A stretch of 64,000 bases of DNA. Source: Ramazzottius varieornatus (taxonomy: Eukaryota > Animalia > Tardigrada). This document shows positions 54,101 to 64,000 of the stretch, piece by piece (positions within the stretch are counted from its first letter, which is position 1; the number at the start of each line of letters is the position of its first letter). Below the pieces are notes generated by a model. It was given only the letters and a program-made list of their open reading frames with translations, was not told the origin of the DNA and searched no databases. The translations under genes and the position numbers were made by a program. Where the stretch lies: contig BDGG01000001.1 of NCBI GenBank assembly GCA_001949185.1, positions 4,453,624-4,517,623 on the forward strand. Reading direction: 5' to 3'.

Positions 54101-54238
54101 GAGGTAAGGCGTCAGGGAGGAGTTGAGCTGGTACAGGGGCATTTCTATCACAGATTGATACTTGAGTTGGGTCAGCGGAAAGGCTAATGTTGTGTTTAGT
54201 TCCAGATGGCTAAACGACAGCGCCGTTACCGGATTCAT
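51158..54238 (-). CDS. Muscarinic acetylcholine receptor, B-type-like; intron 52811-53235, start uncertain
   Basis: [46 protein letters not shown], long i3 loop, [54 protein letters not shown]. Confidence 0.92.
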
Positions 54239-57200
54239 GGCGTCGGTCCTGGACGCTTCTTCACCCACCGCTACATTCCCGCGAAACTCTGCAAACAAAG
54301 AAAGCCCAATGTAAGTCAGCTCATGGATCAAATACACTCATCATCGTTCCAAATTCCACAATGGAACAAGAAAAGTGGTTTTAAAAGATAGAATAAATAT
54401 TAGTCTCCAGAAGCAGAAGCATCGGTATTCTCGGGGTGAGTTTCGGGGATAACAATCCGGGATATAGGGTTCATACAGCTCAAAGTGTACATGGAGGAAC
54501 CCAAATGGGTTCTTCGATAAACCATGATACTGAATAATGCATTTCCCAACCTTCCCGTAAAGCTATTCGGGAAAGCTGATGTTACAATTGATGGCCAGGG
54601 AAGCTTACCGCTGAACAGCTCCTTCCTTGGAGAAGGGTGGCAGTGTTTGGCGATCAAGTGTAATACAGATTGTAAAGTGACTTAGGGCTCCGTGGTTGGA
54701 CATGGCCCATCGCCCTGATGTGCTAGCAATAAAATATTCATCAGTTTCCGCAACCATTACAGCACTACCAATTCCCCGTGGAGAAAGTGTAGTTAGCCCG
54801 GGCTGCCGTTGCTGATTCCCTTTGGCCTAATGGAAAAGCTCTTGATAGATTTTGACAGTTCTCCCAGACATTTCGCCTAACTTCCAGTCGCTCACGGTTA
54901 TATCCATGGTGGTACGAGGTTCCCTGCGGAAGGATAGGGAAGAAGGGAGGTCACCATGCGATATGGCCGCGGTCTCCCGCAAAAGGAGAGCCTCTTTAAT
55001 ATTCACGACACAGCCAGCGAACGAAATATTATTATAGCCAGGAAAATGGTGTCAATTACAGCGGCGGCCTATTCTCCTATTGGACGTACATTCAAATGGC
55101 CTTCTAAACAGTCGTGGGTTTATTAGCCGAAAGGCTCTGCAGCTTCCCTCCCTTTCTTACACTCCGTGAAACGATGGCTTCGCGTGGCAATTGTGCAGTC
55201 ACTCTCTCTCTCTATCGGGCTCTTATTGTTCCCACTAGAGTCGAGGCAAGAACCCGCCCGGCGCAAAGTCTGTCGGAAAAGGAAAATTTAGTAGCAAAAG
55301 GATTTGCCCAGTTTCGCCGACGCACAGTGATCTTTGTGTGGCGAAGTGTCTAAGATCATGGATGTGATTGCTTTTTCGATTTGTTCCTTGTGTTTGTCGG
55401 TCTGTGTTGTTGGGGGAAAGGAACGTGACGTGGGTTTCTGTCTCTTCATGGGCTACAGCAGAGGCCTTTCTTTGCAATGGGGATTAAGCGGGTGTAAAGC
55501 TTTCTTTTGCAAACGGCTGCTGCCTTCCATCTGTATTGACAGTAAATCTAATTCCCATTCAATAATTCTTCTTTCTCGCACTTTAATGGCTATCTTCAAG
55601 TTACGCAAACCCGAAGTTAAGTTTTTATGACTGCTTCACACCGCCAACACAGCCCAAGTCCGGGTTAACGTACGGTACCAACTACCGTACACGTGTCCAA
55701 GGAGCACGTAAACCCCGAACTTTTATCCCTTTTTGCTCCAAAATTATATTCAGTGTAGTATCGTCCGAGTTTTCCGAGCAGACAGAAGTCACAGAATCTA
55801 CTTTTCTTCGTATACACAATAGGCGGTCCTGAATCAAACGATGACTTCGCCGCACATGATCGACTATTTTATCTTCGCGTTTCGACTTTTTTTCTACGAA
55901 CTGGTTTGTTGTTTTCATAATGTGCTGGGTCTTGATACTGCACTGTATCAGCGTATGGTGCGTTTCCTTTTTCTCCAATTATCAATGCCCATTTTGCAGC
56001 TTCACAGTAACGCATTGGTCCAATGAGGAAGTGAAGCCCTATGTACTTGGTAAGACTAATGGTGTCTGCTTTTGATGGCGATGTTGGTGAGTAGGCATTA
56101 AGAAGGCTCGAGAAAGTGTTCAGAAGGGGCGCCAGCTGCAACAGCGTGGCGACTTAGAGCTCGGCGACGTCAGTCGCAGAGTCCCCCGAGGAAAGGTGTC
56201 CAGCGAACTTTCCATTTACACGACTGAACTGACAGCTGCAGCAGCATCGTCGTGCAAGATGGGCTGGCAGGCACGAGCACGACCTTTACGCCGGCTCTCT
56301 GATCCACACTTGATGACGGCTAATAATTCTTGGGTGGCGAGGGCAAATGTAACTGTTGGCTTTTCCTCTTTTTGTCCGGCTGATAGTGATGGCGCATGAC
56401 ACTTCGATTACTTGGCCATACATGCTGCGCAACTGTGACTTAATACAGTATCTAGTCAAGATGTGGAGAGCTGGCTCTCGCGATGCTCGCAACCCTCCTT
56501 TCCCTTCAGGCCTCGTCGATCTGCGTGACGGGAATGCCATGCCAATTAAACGAGTCAAACCAATCCAGCAACACTTCAACGGGGAAGTTGGGTCGCCTTT
56601 TCGCGCGCTGGAACAACCCTGTTGTCTTTCTACTCGAATTCGCATTGGGAAGGAACTACTACAGGTCAGTCTCCATTCTTGCGATCAAGTGGGGCCCATC
56701 ATGGAACCAAGTACACTGCAGGACGGCTCGAGGACTTTAACATACCCAGTTGACTTCACGCAGTTCTTAGGTGAAAGATCCAAAGGCACCGACACAAACA
56801 ATCTGAGAACTGTCACAGAGGTTGAACTACTATTTGGGTTGTAGGAAAGTCTCCGATTACCGCAAGATTCGACGTACGGTCTGTTAAGAAGTAGCTTTAG
56901 CACACCCAGCAAAATTGTTGCCACAGTTCACTGTGGTTTTGATCATTTTTGAGGAAAAAAGTCTTCGGTTTTACTTTGTGTAGAAACAATGTATCTGTGA
57001 AGTAGAACAGAAAAATCAGAAAACCTTTGGCACTGCCGGCATTTGATTAAATGGAGGTTGATAGAGAGTAAAGGCAAATGATTTGACAGGCTCTTTACAG
57101 TTGGACGACGGAAGATGAATGGGAGAGTAGGAAATGGGAGACGATGATACTCGGGCTATCAAGAGAGCTTTGCTTTGGACATGATAACAGCTACAATAAT

Positions 57201-58213
57201 ACTTGAGCAACTTGATCTCCCTACTTGCCAGCCTCACTTGAGATTTCTCCTCCTTTAATCGCACACACATTTAATCAAAGTAACCCCATATTTATTTTCA
57301 CATCCATAAACACTTTGAATACTGTATAAAGATCCGACAACCGAAGGTGTAAACTCCGGCACCGCTGACAACGCCGAAAAAAATACCGAAATAATATTCA
57401 AAATATTCTTAAATAATATTCGAATATAAAGTTCCAGAATATTGCTGACGAAGGATTTTGTTTACCCAGGTGCCAAAGAATTACTTGCGGAACTTTGCGT
57501 GGGCTCTTCGCAGCTAGAGCTTTGCTTTGCGTCCCAACCGGGGATTTTGTTTTCTAGGCATTTCCTGCGTCCGCTGCTTTAGACAACAAGGGAACAAAAG
57601 ATTGGCCTAGACTATAATGGTCTTTCCACACCAGCGCGCCAGTCCATTTGCCGCGTTAAGAAACTAGTTCAGCAGTACATATAATACTGGAAGATACAGT
57701 ATGGCTTATAAAACGCTACACTATACGAGAAGAAGCGGTCATTGATGGCGGCAATGGGAAATCGATGGGAAATTTATCCTACGTCAACTTGAATACATTT
57801 TCTTGTGCGGCAGAGGATGGCAATAACGGCATCGACCTCTCTTCTGATTACCACTAGTCTGTAAGGCCTGTTCGTTGCGTCGCGTCGCTCTTTCATCCCG
57901 CGCTCTTGATCATCCACAACAAATTCTCCCTTTGACATATCGACTCGTAAATTGCCCATGGGTAGCATCAAAGACACATTCCCTCCTGAACCTCCACACA
58001 GAAAATTAAGACCTTTCTATCCCTCCAGCCAACTTGATGCCGGCGCCTGCACATGGAATGAACTCAAGCTTTTCGCCACGTTCCTCCCTCGCTCGTCGTC
58101 ACCTTCTCATTTCGGACTCTCTCACTTCTTTTCTCACCTTATTTTGCTCTTTGATCGCAACCACCTGCGGAACAATTTACTACGCATCGGAACAGGAACA
58201 AATTTGCAAGGTG

Positions 58214-58263
58214 NNNNNNNNNNNNNNNNNNNNNNNNNNNNNNNNNNNNNNNNNNNNNNNNNN
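58214..58263. other. Assembly gap (50 N)
   Basis: Run of N characters. Confidence 1.
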
Positions 58264-61011
58264 CACCTCGCACACCAAGCTTTCCATGTCAGAGTAAATT
58301 GATCATTTGAAATAACTGGTAACAGAGAATACACCTGCACCGGGTTTTCTGGGTTCGTGGTGAGGAATACATGTCACGACGTGTGCGGAGAACCAGAAGG
58401 ACATCGGGTTTTCCAAGCATGAAAACGGGGGTAGTTGATGTTTTTTTTAGAAGGATAAACACATTAGCAAGTGCGAAAGTAAGCAATGGGAATCACAGTG
58501 ACTGTTTGCAGATCAAAAGACGATAAATTTGCATAACAAATTATTCACACAAGTTAGCCCATAATCTATTACGCTTGATTATGTCGCTGGATAGAGTTTC
58601 TCTTGAGCGTAAGGTGATTTTGAAAGGCTCCTCCTTCCCAGGAGACTTAGTTTTTCCATCGTGTGGGTTCTTGAACGGCACCGGCACACAATACTCGCTC
58701 TTGAATCATTGTCTGCATTGACCATTCAAGGACCGCTCTGTGTATTGACATACACGTAATATCCGTCCACGATGTGAAGGGGAAGCCATATTACAAAGCA
58801 AGGAGCGAAAACCGATCGAAATAAAGAGCCTGACATGGTCGTTCACGCGATCGTTAAACACCGTTGAATATTTATCGTCTGTTTTTTTCCACCCGGTAAT
58901 TTGAACTTCACGGGCAGCGTCGACAAAGTGCACCTCGGTTACTTTTGGTTCGTCAAACGAATCCGACGGTATTACAGCTTTTTAGTGGCCGCATCAGGCC
59001 TCTCTAGGGGGTCCGCTGTGCTGTTGCCCATCGCCTTCAGAAGGCAGTTCGGCACAAATGGATGCGAACGGGATGATGATGAGATAGATGGCTATGTTTT
59101 AGCCTCCAACCGACTAGCAATGGGAGGTGGCAATACTGAGCCCAAATTACACGGCACAACCCCCGCTGTTCCCTACAATATCGCCCAACAGCATGCCAGA
59201 GCGTCTGACCGGTAAATGGCCCGATGACAAACACACAAACCAAGCACCCACCATTGTGGAAAAACAATCCCATAAATATTTTTGGGTGTTCAGCGGCTTC
59301 CCCGAATAGGCAACGTGAAGCTCTATGTGGTAATGTTGTCTTGTGTACTATTTTTCGATATGTTTCCTTGAGCAAAACACCGAGCAAATTCTTCAAATGT
59401 TCTTATTTACACGTTTTCCTCATGTCCCGCGTTGCGAGGAGTTTAGGAGAAAAATTCGGGGAAAACGAATTATTAAATGCGCAAATCATAGTCCAGATCT
59501 TCGTACGGAACTTTGGAGAGTGGGGATCTTCGATGCGCGAAATTTCCCACGTTCGATACAAACAATGAAAAGCATGGCGTTGAGCTTTTTGACCTATCGG
59601 TTTTCAATAGGTATGCTATAGGTGTCTCGATCGATGGGTCGTCGATGAAAGGAAATATTTTAGGATATGTCGGGAAGGATCAAGTAGCTTTAGATATGCG
59701 AAAATGGCTCAACCCAAAGGGCACATGGTGTTTGAGCGAATGTTCTGAAAATGTGGGGAATGTCCGTGATGACGTCACGCCGATACCTCGACCATTAAAA
59801 GTACAATGGCTCTTCCACTGATGCAATGCATTCAAGATTTCCTTCTTACCTTTTGTTGTGTTTCGCAGGGTTATAACAGCAGTGTAGTGTACTTTCGGCT
59901 GATTTATCCTTAATTCCCTTTCTGCTCCGTCTCAACGCATTGCACGCTTGATTGCCCCATTCATTCGCCGCCTCCGTTTGCACACATGGCATCAAAATTA
60001 CAGCAGCAGCGATATACGAAAATGATTGGTGACAAGTCAAGGAAAAGTGATGATAGAAGGGATGAAAGGTCAGTAGGGCGAAGAGGCACTCTTCCCAGAT
60101 ATCTTTCTCCAGATAGGTCTTCACCGACACCAAAGAGGCCAACTCGATCCGGACATTTTAACCCTTACTAGTTGTTATTCCACGTGAAGCTGACACGTGG
60201 ATTCAGATGGTCCAATTTGCATTCTTCCAACCGAGGCAGGCTCCTGCTTGATCAATCCATCATGGTACAGGCTCCTTCAATATATTGACTCACGCTGGTG
60301 GATTACAGAACAATCTACTCTGTTGATCATACAAGCCTGACTTCGAAAATATAACTAGAGAGCACTTCAGTCGGTTAACCTGGAAGGGACTTCCGGTTAA
60401 CACGGAGCGAGTGTCGAGAACGCGTCTTCGACGGCCACGCTGACGCAGATGAGAAAGTTCGTGCTCGAAGTCAAAAGAGGAAATGCAGGCTTGTCGGAAA
60501 AGCCGTACAATTGCGCAATAATTACTGGTTAGTCGCGCTGTGCATACACAGGGAAGAAGCGGAAAAAGGAAGGTCTTACTAATGTGTACTTTTCATGGGA
60601 TACTGCCTTCAGACATGGCCGTTCATCTTTGCAAGGAGATACGCGTCGGGACAAGGGACGGAAAAGAGTCGCGTATAAACTATAGTAGACGCACTATGTA
60701 CACTGGGAACAAAGGTTCAAGGCATATGGGAGGAAAGCCGGGATTGGTGGGAGCCGTTCCATCAACAGCGATGGCGAGACGAATGAATGTGGGATTGCAA
60801 GCTTCGGATAGTATGTAGGTTCATTGATGAAGAGCCGTACAGAATAATGATTCCGGGTAATTCTAGAGCTCCGCGCTTCATCCTACACACTACGCATACG
60901 ATCTCACCATCTCACAGTACTGCCTGCACTTCTCGGTCCTTACACGGGATCACGAAACTTCGGATCCTACGTATGGGACCAAGGCTAACAAGCTCGGCGA
61001 GATCGTCTGTC

Positions 61012-61060
61012 CAAGTGGCGCACGCTGTTGGACGACAATAGTGTAAATGTGCGCCACTTG
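61012..61060. repeat. Palindrome family A core (non-coding region)
   Basis: Perfect CAAGTGGCGCAC-N25-GTGCGCCACTTG with outer arms. Confidence 0.85.
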
Positions 61061-62013
61061 GGAGAACAGTTTTGTCGAGTTTGCTTGCCGAGCTCGCGTA
61101 TACTGTATGGCGACGAGACATCGACTAGCCTACAGAAGCCAGCTTCGGCCATTCTCGCGCTGTGGCCAATCCGTTCATTTTTTGTTCGGGATTTCACCCC
61201 GTGTAATGGGTGACTACAATATCCATAATATTTATGACAGAACCTTTAGCCGACTTCGAATTTGAAACACGTCATGATGTGCATTAGGTGTGAACGCAGA
61301 TGTGCTTCCTTGAGGATGGACATGATCATTCGGAAATTCCATATCTCACCTCATTGACTAATTGAATGACGTTTCTAATTGTATATTCATGAGATGTCTT
61401 TACTCTAGCTGACCCCATTTAACCCTTGGCCGTTTTCACTCGCTGACAGAAATCACTGTGGCTCGACTTTTTTGGATCAAAAGTGCCAAATTTACCCATA
61501 GTAAACCGAAGCACAGAAACATCCGCATAAACATTCACGAAATAGTTTACGATGCCGAATATGTCACTTTTTTCAGGCCTCGACGGCCGGAGAGACGTTC
61601 GCCGCGGTTACCACCAACTGTCTTGTAATTTTTGTCGGCAACACGGGCACCTCGAAATCTTATACCTGGCTCTGAAATTGTTTCTTCTTCGGCTTTAGGT
61701 TACGGTATGTTCCAATGTTGCTCTGAAAGTTGGTATGTTTTTCTTTCTGATGTTTTAGGGATTCCTCAGAAGTCCGATCTGAAATGTTTTTGATGACTTA
61801 CGATAGTCGTAAGTATTCATAGCCTACAAAGGTCTACAGTTCTCATGTGTTTTATCGTTCCTTCTGTAATTGGTGGCGCACTCTGTCGAAGTACCGCGGA
61901 CAACATCCGCGCCCCTAGTTGGCGCCAGTAGATTACCGCGAACCCATGGTTTCTGGTTAATCGAACTCGTGACTATCGATCAGGCAAACATCAAATACTG
62001 TAGGTACTGTACA

Positions 62014-62146
62014 TGCTTCATGAACTTCGTCAATGTGCGTCATCGTACGCGCAAAACGTCCCTTAGGAGGTTGGTAAGGTAAAATTCTTAGACCGGGGTT
62101 CGACTTAACGCGTATGACGACCTGATGCGCGAAGTTGACGAAGCAT
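62014..62146. repeat. Degenerate inverted repeat, possibly an old MITE
   Basis: TGCTTCATGAACTTCG...CGTCATCGTACGCG versus CGCGTATGACG...CGAAGTTGACGAAGCA. Confidence 0.5.
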
Positions 62147-62392
62147 TCAAGTAATTGTCAACTTCAGCCATCATCAATTATGTTTCATCCACAGCACAAC
62201 ACTCAACTTGGTACGGTTTGTGCTAAGGTAATAAATTAACTTGCCACAGCGGTGATAATCATGAAGAGAATAAAAAACTAATTTCATACCGTGTGCCAGT
62301 CAATTGCTCACTTTCGTCAAAGAACTCTGTTCATCGTAACAAGCCATAGCAGGGCTTTCAAAATTCTACTGTAGTCTGGTCAAAATCGTGGG

Positions 62393-63440
62393 TTAACTCT
62401 GGATATCATTGTAGGGTGGTGGAAAACCAACTCGTTTGTCAAAGCCATTGGCTATCCTCGAGCTGGCTGATAGTAGCATTTGCTTGTGAGCATTCTCATC
62501 AGCCACGCCATTCTCGCGAACTGCATCTTGATAAAAGTCCTCGCCACCTCTGGAAGTTTGCGTTGGCTCAGTGACAGTCACGAGGACCGCCGAGTGGGAG
62601 AAGTTTTTGGCGGTGCCATGATAGTGCTTCCTGAGTATGTGCACTCCCATCACGAACATGATGAGTTGGATGATCGTAAGCCAGGCACCGAGAACCGCAG
62701 TCCCTATGCCGAACAATATCCGGTCTGATTGATGCATAGCTCGTTTCTCCTCTTCATCTTTCCTGTCTTGATCCCGGATATAGGGGAAGTTCCGGCTGTA
62801 AATGAGTCCAGCTCCTTTGGCAAGTGTGGCCAGGCCCAAAGAGACAGCCAGCAGCAGCATAACAAGGTAAAACTTGAGTAGATGGTTGGCTGGCGCTGTC
62901 ATTTTACCGTGTTGAATCTCATCGATTTTCAACAGCGGAGTCATGCGAATCCGACAGGCAATTATCATCCCGAAAATTCCAAGTAGCGTGAGCAATGTCA
63001 GGAGGGCTAAAGCTTCGGGTGCGTGAACTGCAAACACATTATGAGCAAAAAATTAGCCGTCACTTCCGGTCATCAAAATGTATCGAATGAAATAACTGAG
63101 GAATTTCGACACCAAATATAAGCCGGCCAAACAGTACGTACACAATAGCCATCTTGGGTGGTGCACCCTTCCAGCTACTAGCAATGAGAACGTGCGCCAC
63201 TTAGGACAAATGATCTTGTACGTTCTGTTTGCCGAGATCCCAAATAAGACTACGCTCGAGACACCTACAGCTCAGTACGAAAGTCACAGGTATGAGAAGG
63301 AAGCCACCGAAGATGAACTGGACAATGCCTGTTCCTAGGAAGAACCTCTTCCTTTTGGAGTCCGCTAGGCAGAAAGGGGATCCCCATATGACGTCGGGAC
63401 TAGGCTGTCCAGTGGCGAGCTCGGTCGTGTGTGATGCCAT
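62393..63440 (-). CDS. Uncharacterised four-TM membrane protein with C-terminal PPPY, 2 exons
   Basis: Four hydrophobic segments across two exons (intron at about 63031-63269), ending GFPPPYNDIQS*. Confidence 0.7.
63155..63203. repeat. Intronic palindrome family A core
   Basis: TGGGTGGTGCAC-N25-GTGCGCCACTTA in the 4-TM gene intron; the right outer arm matches the family consensus. Confidence 0.75.
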
Positions 63441-64000
63441 CACTAAATTCAATTATTCAAGGAGATTACGGTAGTAAATGTGAAACAGTGTGAAAAGCAT
63501 CACATAACTGCCACATTATGATTAATATCCGATATAGCTTCACCACCGTATCAGTTCAGGCTAAGAACTAACCAGGAACCAGGAACAACACAGCAAACTG
63601 AGCATTCATCGATGATCCGGTTATGACTCTACAAAATTGCCATTTGGACAAACTGTGACATTGATATCCGCGAACAGCGAAGAGGCTGATTACGAAGTAA
63701 AACGGGAATGATCGCAGCTGGGTTTACATCCTGGTCTGATTCATCCCACACGCTTACGACCACACGCTGCTCATGAGGCGATGAGACCAAAGGGAAAAAT
63801 CGATCCCTTTGTATTGTTGCCGGTTAGAAAAACACACAGCTCGCGTTCGACGATCCAGTGTGATGTGCACATGAAGAGTAGGGAAGTTGTGCAGTAATCC
63901 CCTTTCACAACCGACTCCATTCATTCGCTGCGTAATGAAAAGCGATTGCGCCACGTTACATGGCCGACTGAGTCTCAGGAGACGTTAAATAGAGTTGAAG

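Noticed and set aside
54400-62300. Numerous 60-160 aa ORFs upstream of the muscarinic receptor
   Set aside because: No domain signatures or coherent splice chain; probably regulatory or 5' UTR intron sequence, and it includes an assembly gap.

Overview
Gene-dense eukaryotic (metazoan) genomic DNA with short GT-AG introns, mostly about 55-250 nt. It is most likely from a eutardigrade, inferred from an intact SAHS-like gene and the compact architecture. About 20 spliced genes can be reconstructed: a ZP-domain protein (partial), a MARCH-type RING-CH ligase, ADSL, RBX2/RNF7, a phospholipid scramblase, ARL6, an orphan class A GPCR, a six-exon SAHS/FABP-like gene absent from the ORF track, a proctolin precursor, PDAP1, a CBM14 chitin-binding protein, a vasopressin/CCAP/achatin-type GPCR, SLC5A7, JKAMP, ALG12, an unidentified multi-exon gene, DNAJC9, Ku70, a UPF1-like helicase fused to a REXO1-like exonuclease, a divergent flavin amine oxidase, a B-type muscarinic receptor and a 4-TM PPxY protein. 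The main candidates for novelty are (i) the UPF1(CH+SF1)-REXO1(ZnF+DEDDh) fusion, (ii) two families of mostly intronic inverted motifs with fixed spacer length but divergent spacer sequence (12-N25-12 and 11-N30-11), and (iii) an (ACATG)n tract upstream of several housekeeping genes. All family assignments come from recalled motifs; no database searches were run. Exon boundaries were read by eye.
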